NCBI GenBank assembly: GCA_964658305.1
Contig: OZ210885.1
Span: forward strand, 3,038,001-3,102,000
Source of the DNA: Leptogorgia sarmentosa
Lineage: Eukaryota
Length of the DNA stretch: 64,000 bases
Reading direction: 5' to 3'
Position numbers and translations under genes: made by a program. Positions 38,301 to 53,300 of this stretch are shown one piece after another. Numbering within the stretch: the stretch's first letter is position 1; each line of letters begins with the position of its first letter. Below the pieces are notes generated by a model. It worked only from the letters and a program-made list of their open reading frames with translations. It was not told where the DNA came from and did not search any database.

Positions 38301-41300
38301 GCTACGATTTCGCATTGAAAATCACGAAGAAATTCCTGAATCAAGTAAGTTAATACAATACCCAAAAAATATAACATAGGGCCAAAATTATATTAGGCCT
38401 AGAACGAATTATAAGCGCTCCCTAATTTAGTTATAGTGGAGCTATTTAACAATTATTCGCCAAACGCGAGGTGATTACATGCCTATATTGTTTCAACTAA
38501 TTGTTTTAGTATAAATTTCCAGGTCAAACTGACAGTATAATTTTATTATATAATATATAGTATATCCTACAGGCAAGAACATAGCGCGTTATTTAAATTC
38601 ACCTGATGGGTGTGGCAGGACTTACCCTGTCATACGAAACAACTTTGTAGTGAATAAATGTTTTAAAAAAAGATCTCAAGTTTGTCTTACAATCTCTACT
38701 TTTTGTATCGAGCACTCTTAGACTATTCATATATGTATGATTCAACATTCAATATATTTATTGTCACGCTATATCACTATATGACGTTTATTTTTGTAAT
38801 GTTTTTAGATGATGTTGGATTTAGCAGGGCTGACCTGGAATGCATTCTCAAAAACGATCCCGCTCACAAAGCTTGCCGGGAAGAACTTCGTCAACTTAAA
38901 GATGAATTCGAATGTTACAAAGCCAAGGCACAAATAATGAGAAAATCTCGTCTTGAAAGCGAGACGGATACGAATACCAAAGATACTGAAAAACTTAAAG
39001 ATAAAATTAAAAATCTTAAAACGACAGTAGAGTCCTTACATAGAGACCTAGAAGATAAAGAAAGTGAACTTGATTCACTTCAGGAAATGCTTGCCAGCGA
39101 GAAGGTAAATTTGCAAAAGTTACATCATTCAGAACTGGAAAACGAGCGAACGGTTTACGCCGCCAAAATGCAGGAGCTTGAGAAACAAATGCAGAATCAA
39201 CGAAGCAGGACAATGTTGTTAATAAACGAGAAGGATTCCGAAATTGAACGATTGAAAAAGAAAGTGGTTGTCGATTACTCGGGTTCATCGTCTACTCACA
39301 GGATGAATGCTGCAATGTTGTCAAGGACTCCTAGTTCTGATGATACTGTTAACGAACTTCTTCTACAATCTACACCGGTAAGAAATATTACGACTTATTT
39401 AATCTATTTTTTTTATTTTCCTGCATGCATGCTGTCTTCAAAAGTTTATTTTGAGCAAGCCTGGATTTTTGGGATTATTCTTCTTATATATAGACTGCAT
39501 GACATCATATCTACAATCATTTTCAAAAGTAGTTGAGACACCATTGGTTTTACAACATCAGTGGACATGTGTTAATAATTGCAAACAATAATGCCACCCC
39601 TCCCTTGTCCTCCTCCTCTGTCTCACCCCCCCCCCCCCAAATCCTTCCACCCCACCTCAATTAAGTTGATTTTCCAATCCATACACTATTGTACATGAAA
39701 AGCAAATGGCAACTACAACTCAACATTGAACAGGGACGTGGCTGCAGCGTTATTCGGGGGGGGGGGGGATATTCACGTATTCGTGTTCTGCCCGACGAAT
39801 TTCTTTTAAAATTAATAAGTTTGGTTTCTAATTAAACGCGGGCTGATTCTGGCTCAATAATACTGAACAATATTGTTGACAACTGATAACAATGTTGGCA
39901 GCACAACATTGTTGCATCATGTTTTCATCAACCTCAAGCAAGCGATAATTTTCAGCTGTTTTGTCGCCCATGTTTCCAGCAAAATGGAATCTAAGTATGG
40001 GATCATTCCAAATTCATGTAAACACGTCTTAAAGCAAAAGGCTAAACAATGAAAAGCAGTGAAGTGTGGGACATAAGCGTCGACATAAGCACAAACGTTC
40101 TGATGTCGAACTTTGGTTCGCTGAATTTTGGTCGCATCGAATGCAATTCAAACAATGGATAATGAAGTCAGTCATCTCATTGATAGATGAGGTGTATTAC
40201 CTTGCTGTCTATTGTTTGATAATTTTGCATTTAACACTAGGCCTAAATCTGCGGAAGAACAAAAGAAAATTGAAGAGAAATTCTTTCTTCTTTGTTTTCG
40301 TAAATCTCTGGAGTGTCTAGTCTAGGGACTTGAAGCATTGAAATTCAAACTTGTGGAACTAGCGCTAGTCTTCATACGGCAGCCTTTTCTCGTGACACGC
40401 TGTATTGACCTCGAAATCGCAAAGACGAACGTCTGGCGTTATTGTAGTCCGTAAACAAGTCTTCATTTTGACACAAAAATTTCAGCAGTGTTCGATATGG
40501 AATGCAAACATGGCGATTTAACTGAGTTCTCAAAGATGTGTGCGCTTGTTGCGTGCAACAATTCCAAGTTTGGCGATCGATTTTTTGCGTTTGATTCCTC
40601 CCAAGACCACTGGGAAACGGCGAGGTATGTACACCATTTTGTTTCTGATCAACTTCATCAAAGCCCTTCTGGCGAGTCGCCGGAGACCTCTAGCAGTAAA
40701 AGAAGTCGGGAAATATCTGACGAGGCGCCAGAACAGAAACGAATGAAAAAAGTCAACGACAAAAGTACATTTGAGGATTCGGCAACAGATTATGGAAGCG
40801 AAACAGCACGTGCTTGTGAGCTGGCAAATACCTGCCATGAAAATAAAACTGGAAGCGAATTGGAAAATATGCCTCATGAATCAACTTCCGTGTCTGAGAA
40901 ACCTTCTTCAGCTGATTCTTCCAAACTAGATTTGGATGTACATCATTCAATAATGTAGATCGTCCAGCTTTAAAAGAGAAGAACGATTTTTTTTAGCTGT
41001 CGTTCGATCTTTAAAAATTATAATTATTATTATAATCATAAAATAATCATATTATAATTACAGATCAATCCTTGTAATAATTATAAATAATCATCCAAGT
41101 TTATCACGAACAGAACTTATTGCGCTTATACAAATCTAGTTTAACAACCTGGAACTTATTGTAGTTTCTTCTATTTATGAATAATCATAATTGCTGCGAA
41201 AATGGCAAAGTTTAACGAACAAAACTGATCGTGCCTAAAAATCTAGTTTAACAACGTGGAAACATAGTAGCTATAATTTTATTTTCTCTGTAGTAAATCA

Positions 41301-44300
41301 TAAATATTTTATAATTTGTATGCAATTATTATTCAATGCAACTATAAATTTTTCGCGATCAATATTTACAAAACAGGGTATATTTAGTCCTACTTGTCAA
41401 AAAATACTAGGAAAAATGATAAAAATGTATTCTAACAATAACTTCCACATTAACAAGTTGCTATGTTAACAGTTCACAAATACTTCATGTCCTGAAAATA
41501 TAGTTGCATTGTTGGTCAGCAAGGCGAGTGCTGAATGCATGTATTTCTAGTTTGAGTGCAGGATCGCCAGAAACCGTGCTGGATACTTGCTGGTGCAATG
41601 CGAAAAAAGTTGAATTCTATTTTACAACTATCAAATTACCATAGGCATGTCAAATTTAAATTAATTATCAATACGATGAATCTATTAATCAATTGTTCCA
41701 GACGATTAATCGGTCACGATAATTAACCAATGGTGGATTATAATCGATCACAATAGTTTTCATATGTAAATGAAACATTTTTAAGAGCGAATCTTTCGCC
41801 TATTTTAAACCCAAAACAAGTTTTATTTTTTGCAAAACATTTGCCATCCGCTTACATGTCTGATGTATGCTCAATTTTATAAGTTTTTAAGTATTCAGGA
41901 AAGAAGGGTGATCTAATTAAATCCAGAATTATAAACAGTGAACGGACTACGATGTGTGGCTACGTTGGCCTGGGCGGAAGTAAATGCGTAATTTTCCATA
42001 TTTTAGCAAACTGAATATTCATTCGAGTGAATGACCTGTTAAGGGCCTGTTTATATGGAGGCGAGTTACCCGGTTGACCGAGTTACTCGCTTTGCCGGGT
42101 AACTCGCCTTCAATAGAAAACTATAGGTTTCCCGGTGAAGTGTTTACATGGCGCAAGCGGGTAACTCGCCTTGGCGAGTTCCCGGTGGAAAGAGACGGAA
42201 TCTCGCCCAGGCGAGATGAATATTTTACAATGTAAACACTTTGACCGGGAAACTCGGCTTGCCGGGAGGAACTTTTGTGAACAGCGCATGCGTAGTACAT
42301 TCTAATTACTACCAGGTTAGGGTACTTCATGTAACTACAGTGTGTTGAACAGATGAATGCCGAGTAACTCGGTTCCATATAAACAGAACGCTTGTTTGTC
42401 CCGGCAAAGCGAGTAACTCGGTCAACCGGGTAACTCGCCTCCATATAAACAGGCCCTAAGAAATGCTATAATGGTCATCAATCATTGAAAACGTAATCAA
42501 AATTCTATAATTAAATATCGATATATGCAACCTGAATACAGGTCTCATTTTCTGATTCTTTTTTGATTGTAGCTATGATCGAACGATACTAAGTATATCA
42601 GCATTTGAAAGTCTTTTATCCGCGTAACATAAAGTTTTGACAATGGCGATAAACCGAAGAGATGGAAGCACGAGACATACATTCGGCACACAATAATCCG
42701 TTCTTCAAATAAAACTTTAATTATATTTTTAATAATGATCAATAAAGCAAAAAAAGCACATCAACTTCTGCTATATACAAGTACGCAGAAGCGCAGAAGT
42801 CATGCATGCAGATGTGATAATAAAATAATAATAATAATTAGTTTAATAGACCGTTTTGCAGTACGAAAACTGAATTACACGGTATTTAACCTATTTGTAG
42901 AATATTTACAACAATAAAAAATATTTTACAGTTGGGTAATTTTTAAAACGTTCAGTCTTAATGAACTGTACATGGACTTGCATGCTCTCTCCTTAAATGA
43001 TAGTCATGATCCAGATCCACGATTACACACTATATTCGGGAGAACGGATGTCTTAGTAATGTGTCTTAGTAATCCTTTCGCCAAAGCGTTATGGCCATGA
43101 GGTCGATTCATGAGTATCGTGTGTGTCAACTGTTTAATTTTTGTTTCCATTTCGCTGTATTCCTAGGAAATTATTAACCAGAAACTTTGTTGACTGATTG
43201 ACTCAGCTATGCTTCCTCTGACGACAGAGTTTCCAAAATTTGAGCAGTTTTTTGTCCAATACTCCATAGATTAAAGGATTCACTGCATGACATCCAGCAA
43301 CTCTCACAATATGTGCCAAATACGAAAACCTAGCACGTTTTATTACATTATATTCTCCAGACATGTCCATTATAAACAACAAAGAAAAAGTCAGACTCCC
43401 CACTCCGTAACAAACAACAGTTATGAGACAAACAAAAAACGCTTTTCGATTTCGGAGAAATCTTTGGGTATTTAAAGGAGAGCTAGGTGCAGCGCTTACA
43501 GAATTTGAACAAGCGTTTTTGATGTCTTTTCTTTGTTTGACCAGCGCTCGACCAATTTTAAAATAAACTACAGCCATAAATATTGACGGGAGAAAGTAAA
43601 AGCAGGATGCAAAGTAACCAAAGAGAGTATTCTTATAAACTACAACGTTCCCCTTCGATATAAAACATGCAGGCACAGATGCTCCATAACCCAGAATGAA
43701 ACTAACACTGTACACCAAACCACAAACGATTTTCACTTTCCGTCGAGTGATGGCAGGTTTTAAGGGATGCACAGTAGCACGGTAACGAAACACTGAAATA
43801 ACCAACATTATACCTATTCCTGCAACGCGGAACAAATAACCTAAGCAAGCGCCCAGGCAAAACAAATTTGAATGGTTGTTGATACTTCCAGCAATGTAAA
43901 GGATCATTGTCCCCAGATCACAGATGGCGAGATGTAAAACAAGAAAGTAGTAGTTGTTCTTCAACACACTTTTTCCTCTCCCTATGGAGAGGACGACCAG
44001 AATATTACCGATAATACCAAATGCAAGTATTAAAAAGCTACAACATATGAAGATATACGCTGTTGTATCCATTGTTCGTTGCCCGTTTGAGCTTCTATTC
44101 CCAGAGCAAAACGTATAGAAAATAATTACTTTTATATCCCACCATATAATATTAAAAAACAAAATTTCAGCTGTATTCCACCAATAAGACCCTCGCAAAT
44201 GTTATTGCAATATACCGCACTGCCAAAATTAAACTCATTTGGTGAACACACGCTTAACCTAGAGATGACAGGTATTAGGTTTGTATTTGAATTGTAGAAT

Positions 44301-47300
44301 ATTAAAAACATGTTTATATAACGAGAATAATTAATAATGTTCATTTATATAATATTACATATACGTAAGCTCTTGTTTAGAAAGCCAGAGTATGTCATAA
44401 ATATAATGAAAATTGACCATAATTAAAGTATTGTTTAGAACTTAATTACCATCAGTGATGTAAACGTTTGTCGTGATGAATATTTACCAAGTACACAGGG
44501 TATAATTATAATGTCTAACTTGTCAAGAAGTGCTAGGAAAGTATTAAAAAAGTATTGATAAAAAGGTAAAAAAGTATTGGCGTTGTTTTTCTGGTTAAGT
44601 TCTTCCATACCTCCCCCCCCCTGTCCTTTCAATCGATGAGAAACCGAACCTTCCACCCTGCATGTAACAAAGTTAACGAAAATACGCTCAGTAAGACTAC
44701 AATCATATTCATAAGTAGTTGGGACACCAGTGGTCTTAGGACCTCAGTGGTATTGTGCGAATAATTAAAAGCCATAATAACATCCCTCCCCTCCCCTCCC
44801 CCACCCCATTCAATGTTGTTTTTCCAATACATACATGATTGTACGTAAAAACCAAGTGCCAACTATAACACAACACTGCATTGGAGGCAAGGGGGATTGA
44901 CGATTCAGAAAATGATGGGTATTTGGGGAATCTGTCCCAACACATCTGAAAGTGATTGTACATGTGACTGTCAGAGGGAGGGAGAGTATCAATGTCCATG
45001 TACGGCTGAAAAGAACGTGTACATGATATAAAGTTAGTTCGTTAACGGCACACCCAGGTATGACATTATCACTCATGTCTTTCTCGCTACTCTGGTTTGT
45101 ATAATTGAATATAGAGCTCCCTCGAGGTGTATTCACGACCTAACATTTCGACACGCCAGTTGATGAAGATGAAAAATAACACACCACGCCACATATTCAT
45201 GGTATAACTATATTCAGTAGGAGTTGATCATTATAAAAGTAGCTAAGGCGAGCAAATATATTTTTATTCATTATTTTGAGTGACGTATATATACAATTAT
45301 GGTTCATGCATGTGTAACCAGGTTGCTAAAAGTCTTCTCTACTCGGCATGCTTGCCTCTGTCGCGTGAGCGGCCAACAACTAGACCTGGGGGGAGGGGGT
45401 CAGTACAGTTTAGAACCACTCTATCCATAAAATTAATGGATTACTATGTAACTCTAGACTTTATTAATATATCGTTTGTATAAATGGCATATATTCCTAA
45501 TACTAATTCTAAAAACTGTTCCTTGTTCAGTTTGTTTTTTTAACAATATTTAAAAATGTGCCTTCATTTAGGCTGGTGCTTTTCTAAAATATTCATAACT
45601 GATTACTGTCAATGCATGCATTGATTGGAAAAATATACATCGTACAGAACAAGAGAACATACACTGAGTCGTTACCTTGCATTTTTTGAAAAAAAATTCT
45701 TCATTCTTTCATCACATCACTGTGCAGAGTAAGACATTTATTTTTGAGAATTTTGTATAAAAATGCACTCTGGGTATGCTTGTATTTATTTAACGATAAG
45801 TTATATAGGATAATTTGAAATTAAATTATGCCATTAGTACAGGAAGTTGAGATTTAACACGCGTTTTGAAACAATGAGTGGTGGGCGTGTCATGAGATAC
45901 TTGAAAATACTGATTTGAAACAGAATTTTGTGATGAATATAGTTCAAGAAATTAGACAAGTTCACGAAAGCATTTCACGAAAATCTTAATTTTTACACTA
46001 ATTGATATCAGAACTGTTCTTACAATTTTAGTAAATGTACTTGCATATAATGCTTCAGAAAGTTTAGCAACCTTTCGGGCCAAGCGTTTTCGGGTTTTTT
46101 ATTGTTTTGTTTTGTGAACTGTTCCATTTTTGTTTGATTTTTGCTGTTCTAATTGTTGAGGGGGTATCAACCAGAAACGTTGGTGACCGATTAGCTTTAT
46201 TTACGTTCAACTATTCTTTCTCTGGCGACAGAATTTCCAAAATGTGAGCAGTTTCTTATCCAATATTCCATATATGAAAGGATTTGCTGCATGACACCCA
46301 ACAACTCTCGCAATAACTAGAAAATACCAAAACCAAACATATTTCGCTGATGCATTATCTTCTCCAGCTATTCTCCTAATAAACCACACCGAAATAGGAA
46401 TATTTCCCACTCCGTAACAAACAACAGTTATGAGACAAACAAAAAACGCTTTTCGATTTCTGACAAATCTTTGCGTATTCAAAGGAGAGCTAGGTGCATT
46501 TGAACAAACGTTTTTTAGATCTTTGCTTTGTTTGACCAGCGCTCGACCTATTTTGTAATAAAGTACAGCCATAAATATTGTCGGGGAGAGAAAAAAACAA
46601 CAAATAGTGTAACCAGAGTAAAGTTTGCCGTAAACATTTAAAACATCCTTCTTCGATATTAAACATGACGGTAGAGATGCTCCATAACCCAGAATGAAAC
46701 TAACACTGTACACCAAACCACAAACGATTTTCACTTTCCGTCGAGTGATGGCAGGTTTTAAAGGATGCACAGTAGCACGATAACGAAACACTGAAATAAC
46801 CAACATTATACTTATTCCACCAACCGAAAAGAAATAACCCATCCTAATACCAAGACAATAAAGCATTATGGATTTATCACCAGAAAGATATTTCTCTACA
46901 GTTTCCGCGATGTAAAAGATCAGCGCTCCCAGATCACAGATAGCAAGATGTAAAACAAGAAAGTAGTAGTTGTTCTTCAACATACTTTTTTGTCTCAGTA
47001 TGGATAAGACAACCAAAATATTACCGATAGTGCCAAATGCTACTATTAAAAAGCTACAATATGTGTAGATATACGCTGTTGTATCCATTGTTCGTTGACC
47101 GTTTGGGCTTCTATCCCCAGAGCAAAACGTATAGAAAATAATTACTTTTATATCCCACCATGCATATAATATTAAAAAACAAAATTTCAGCTGTATTCCA
47201 CCAATAAGACCTCGCAAATGTTATTGCAATATACCGCACTACCGAAATTAAACTCATTTGGTGGACACACGCTTAATCAAGAGATGACAGGTTTTAGGTT

Positions 47301-50300
47301 TGTATTTGAATTGTAGAATATTAAAAACATGTTTATATAATGTAAATATTTTAATAAGCTGCGCCAAGTTAACGGGTTTTTAAGATTATTAACTTGAACA
47401 GTATTCATTCATATAATATTGCATACGCAGGCTCATTGTTTATAAAGACAGAACATGTCATAATTAAAGTCAAAACTGACCATAAAGTATTCTATACAAC
47501 TACAAATCTACAAAAGCAAATGTCTTGATTTTAACACTTGATACAAAACTGTATTTCAAGATTATTCAATTACACAATTTTGTTGAATGTAGGCCTATAT
47601 ATGTTTCGGCAAGACTGTTTAACAAGTCCTTTAGGCTAAGCGTTCTCAGTTGAAGGATGAATGAACAAATTGTTTTGTGCTGTGATCTGTGTTTTGGTTT
47701 TCGGTTGGAATTGCGTTGGGCGAGTTGCGCAGAATATTAACCAGAAACACAAGTTTTTAATTACAATCAACGATCCTTTTTCTTGCAGCAGAAACTCCAA
47801 AATTTCAGAAGTTTTTTGTCCAATATTCCGTATATGAAAGGATTCGCTGCATGACATCCAATAACTCTCACAATAATTGCCAAATACAAAAACAATGCAT
47901 ATTTTATCAGCACTGTACATTCCCCAGACATTTTCATAATAAACCACACCGAAATAGGAATATTTGCCACTCCGTAACAAACAACAGTTATGAGACAAAC
48001 AAAAAACGCTTTACGATTTCGGAGAAATATTTGAGTATTTAAAGGAGAGCTAGGTGCAGCCCTTACAGAATTTGAACAAACGTTTTTTATGTCTTGGCTT
48101 TGTTTAACCAGCGCTCGACCTATTTTATAGTAAAGTACAGCCATGAATATTGTCGGGAAGAAGTAAAAGCAGATTATAACGTGAGCTGTGAGAGTCTTAT
48201 TATAAACATTTGCAACATCCTTCGTCGATATAAAACATGCAGGTAGAGATGCTCCAAAACCCAGAATGAAACTAACACTGTACACCAAACCACAAACGAT
48301 TTTCACTTTCCGTCGAGTGATGGCAGGTTTTAAGGGATGCACAGTAGCACGATAACGAAACACTGAAATAACCAACATTATACCTATTCCTGCAACCGAA
48401 AACCAATAACCTGCCTTTATGCCAAAACAAAGAAACAAGATAGAGCTATAATCAGAAAGATAGTCGTTTATAATCTCCGCGGAGTATAAGATCAGCGCTC
48501 CCACATCACAGATAGCAAGATGTAAAACAAGAAAGTAGTAGTTGTTCCTCAACACACTTTTTCCTCTCAGTATGGATAAGACAACCAAAATATTACCGAT
48601 AATACCAAATGCAACAATTAAAACGTTACAAAAAATATAGATATACGATGTCTTGTCCATTGCTTCGTTCAAAGATTTGGAAGCTCGTAGCCAGTTTGTG
48701 CTTTTCCCCCAAAACAGAATGCATAGCAAATGATCACATTTAGCCCTCACTATATTTATATTAAAAAACGAAATTTCACCTGTGTTCCACCAATAAGAGC
48801 TTCACAATTGCAACTGCACGAAACCACAATATTAAACTTACTTTGTGAGTACATGCAGCTTTAATTAAGATATTACAGATGTCAAAGTTTATTTTTGAAT
48901 TGTTGAATATTCAAAACATGTTAATTAATAAATGTAAATAATTGATATAGTATACCAAGCGAATGGGGCTTTGAGATTATTCTGAAGTAAATGTTTTTCA
49001 TGTTTCCGTGATGGTAAAAAAACTTGAACAAAGATATCTTATCATATTGCATGCGCATGCTCATTGTTCATCAAGCCATAAATAGTTGGATAACGGAAAG
49101 GCAGAACTTTTAGCTTAAACAAATACACGCATCAAACAACTGATCGTATATGACACAATATCTCATAAAATATTTTTTAATTATTATTTGAAATTTATTC
49201 ATGTCATATATATATTCTTCTTCAAAACAATGAAATTAACAGATGAATAGTTAAAAACTCTGACAAACTTTGGGAAAGCTGCGTTTATGCCCAATTACTG
49301 TTGTGAAGTAATAATAATGCATTCATAAAAAACATGCACCTATAGGTACATTTCGAGGAGTCTAAAATTGCCCAGTGAATTTCCATAGTACAACAAGAGA
49401 ACATGGGAGGCTTCGCTGCTTGCAATTTGTTTGAAAAGAGTTTTTTATTTCCAAATAAACAGAATTGTATTTGAGAATGTATTTATTTATGTATGAGCAG
49501 GTTTGCATTTAATTTGTAAGAATAAGTTATATGCAATCATTATTAAAGAATATATAGCTACTGATTTGAAACACAATGAAAATTGTAGAACCGCACAAAC
49601 TGATGAATAATGTTGAAATAATTTATAATCTCAATAACATAAAAATTAAACGACATGTCCACGAAACCATGCAAAGATCTTTATTAACCAGAAACCTTCT
49701 CGACGCACTGAATGGCTTTCAATTACAGTCCACAATGTGATGAGTTTCTGTAATCTTTGAAATAGAGTCGAAATATCACTTCTTGCCGTTCCAGCTCATA
49801 TCTTGAGCTCAAAAAATGTTTATTTTCTGGAGTATGTTTTTTCCTGTAGCCATTCTATTTCTTATTTGCTTTTGATTATTTTGTTGTGTGAACTGTTCTA
49901 TTTTTGTTCGTATTTCGCTGCTTTGTTGGGCAACAGAATTTCCAGAATGTGAGCAGTTTTTTGTCCAATATTCCATATATGAAAGGATTTGCTGCATGAC
50001 ATCCAACAACTCTCACAATAGATGCTAAAAACCAAAACCAAGCTTGTTTCATGAATATGTCGTCGTCTCCAGCCATTTTCATAATTAACGAAACCGAAAT
50101 GGGAATATTTCCCACTCCGTAAGAAAGAACAGTCATGAGAGAAACAAAAAACGCTTTTCGATTTCGGAGAAATCTTTGGGTATTCAGACGAGAGCTAGGT
50201 GCAGCGTTTACAGAACTTGAACAAACGTTCTTTATGTCCCTGCTTTGTTTGACCAGCGCTCGACCAATTTTATAATAAAGTACAGCCATGAATATTGTCG

Positions 50301-53300
50301 GGAAGAAGTAAGAGGAAGACATAATGTAAGCAGAGTGAAAGTTCTCATAAACAATCGCAACATCCTTCCTCGATATTAAACATGACGGTAGAGATGCTCC
50401 ATAACCCAGAATGAAACTAACACTGTACACCAAACCACAAACGATTTTCACTTTCCGTCGAGTGATGGCAGGTTTTAAGGGATGCACAGTAGCACGATAA
50501 CGAAATACTGAAATAACCAACATTATACCTATTCCTGCAAGCCAAAACAAATAACCTATTTTTATGCCAAGACAAAGAAATAACATGAGGCTATCGGAAA
50601 GAAATCTGTTTATAATCTCTGCAGAATAATACAGCAACGCTCCCAGATCACAGATAGCGAGATGTAAAACAAGAAAGTAGTAGTTGTTCTTCAACACACT
50701 TTTTTGTTTGAGTATGGAGAGGACAACCAAAATATTACCGATAATACCAAATGCAACACTTAAAGTGACACAACATGCGTAGATATACCATGTCTTGTCC
50801 ATTGTTTCGTTCAATAAAAGTGGATCGTAACGTTCTAGCCCTCATGATAATTATATGAAAAATGCCAGCTGTATTCCACCAATAAGAGCTTCCCAATTAC
50901 TGTTGCACTAACCGCAATCAATCTTAGTTTTATTAAAAACATGTTAATGTTGCAGGTAAATAATTGATATAGTAAGCAGCTGAGTGAAAAGATTAGGGAC
51001 CGCTCATTATTTCATGACAGGGGTGGGGGCCCCGAAGAGAGAATGGTGTGGTAGCTAAATAACTATGGGCATGTATGGGGTGGGGTAAAACATAATATTA
51101 GAAGGATATATGGGCGAGATAAAAATATTTCCACTCGCTACAACAGTGGAAGTTGTTCCAGCTTGAATTATTGCCCCAGTCATTTATCAAATATTGTTTG
51201 CAATACGCACATTGAACATTAAATTCAATGACGAAAAATCGAATCTTAATTGTTGTTATAGTTACAGAAAGGTTGATAAAAATTGGAGGGAAAAATTGTT
51301 CGCCTTGTTTTAAAAAATGGGATAAATTTTTTTTCTCCATAAAAACAAAGTGGGGTAAGGCCGAAAAATTTTGGCTTTAAAGTATTTGAAAAGAGTTTTC
51401 AAATACAAGAGGCGAAGCCTCCCATGTGTGAAGTAAACGTTTTTCATGTTTCCCTGATGGTCACAAACTTCATGATGTTCATAACAATCATTATTCGTAG
51501 CATTCTTGTCATATATTGCATGCGCGTGGCAATTGTTCAGTGGTGAAATAAAGTAGGCTCAAACTTTAACTTACAGAGATTACATGCATGCAACGACTGA
51601 TCGTATGTAGCATAAAATCTCATAAAATATCTTTTTGTTATTGTTTAAAATTCATTCATTATTCATTCATTCATATAATTAAAATATTAATATTTAATAT
51701 TATCATATTAAACCATGAAATTAACAAATAAACCGTTCACAAGTTTGACAAGCTTTATAGATTGCTTTACTCTGTTGATGACTTATGAAAAATGTACTCA
51801 ATCATTTGTCTTACTTTTATCAGCGATATCTGAACCTATCATTTGACTTCAGTGATGCGGAGCAATACTTGAGCAGTGGAGCTTGCCTATACATATGCTG
51901 ACTGAGTCAAAAATGAAAAATTCGAGCCTGCTTACTGCGAAAAGCGCACTCGGACATCCGCCAAAAGTAGGTTGCTCCTAAATCTATCACCAAAATATTG
52001 GTATCCAAGCACTAAATCAACCTGAAACCAACCCTAACCCAAATTGTAACACTAACCCAAACCCTATAAAGCTAACCCTTAAAAACAACTTAAAACCTAT
52101 AACCCTAAATTTCGAAAACCTACTTTCGCAGGATGTCCGAGTGTGTAATCCGCTTAACTACGGCATCTTCTGTCTCAGCCGTTGAACAATGCTATACTCA
52201 TTTTACACCATTTTCATTTTTTTTCATTAAATATATATAATGATAACTAAAGTCAAAGATACAATTTTTAATGAACCGTTCGGTGGTGGACGAGTAGTAC
52301 GATGGTCAGGCTGGTGGGGATACGACAATGGGCAGGACCATCGGAAGCTCAATAATTGGGGTTATAGTTTCATGTTACCCACACTAATTCATTTTTATCC
52401 ATTTCTAAGACTTATTGTATGTGAATTACAATAAACTATTGTTTTTCTGGTGACAGAATTTCCAGAATCTAAGCAGTTTTTTGTCCAATATTCCGTATAT
52501 GAAAGGATTTACTGCATGACATCCAACAACTCTCACACTAAGTGCCAAAAATGAAAACCAAACATGTTTGATTAATGCATCATATTCCCCAGACATTTTC
52601 ATAATAAACCACACCGAAGTAGGAATATTTCCCACTCCGTAACAAACAACAGTTATGAGACAAATAAAAAACGCTTTTCGATTTCGGAGAAATATTTGGG
52701 TATTCAAAGGAGAGCTAGATGCAGCGCTTACAGAATTTGAACAAACGTTTTTTATGTCTTGGCTTTGTTTGACCAGCGCTCGACCTATTTTATAATAAAG
52801 TACAGCCATGAATATTGTCGGGAAGAAGTAAAAGCAGATTATAGCGTAACCAGACCGAAAGTTTTCATAGACAAATGCAACATCCTTCGATGTTAAACAC
52901 GACGGTAGAGATACTCCAAAACCCAGAATGAAACCAACAATGTACACCAAACCACAAACGATTTTCACTTTCCATCGAGTAATGGCAGGTTTTAAGGGAT
53001 GCACAGTAGCACGATACCGAAACACTGAAATAACCAACATTATACCTATTCCTGCAACGCGGAACAAATGGCCTATTTTTATGCCAAGACAAAGAAATAA
53101 GATAGAGCTTTCGGAAAGTAATGTGTTTATAACCTCTGCAGAGTAATACAGCAGTCCTCCCACATCACAGATGGCAAGATGTAAAACAAGGAAGTAGTAG
53201 TTGTTCTTCAACACACTTTTTCCTCTCAGTATGGAGAGGACAACCAAAATATTACCGATAATACCAAATGCGACACTTAAAGTGACACAACATACGTAGA

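Noticed and set aside
44073..44198. Extended N-termini of GPCR ORFs in the ORF track (also 47089-47217, 48661-48750)
   Set aside because: They begin at non-ATG codons and differ in frame between paralogs; the conserved start is MD(T/K).
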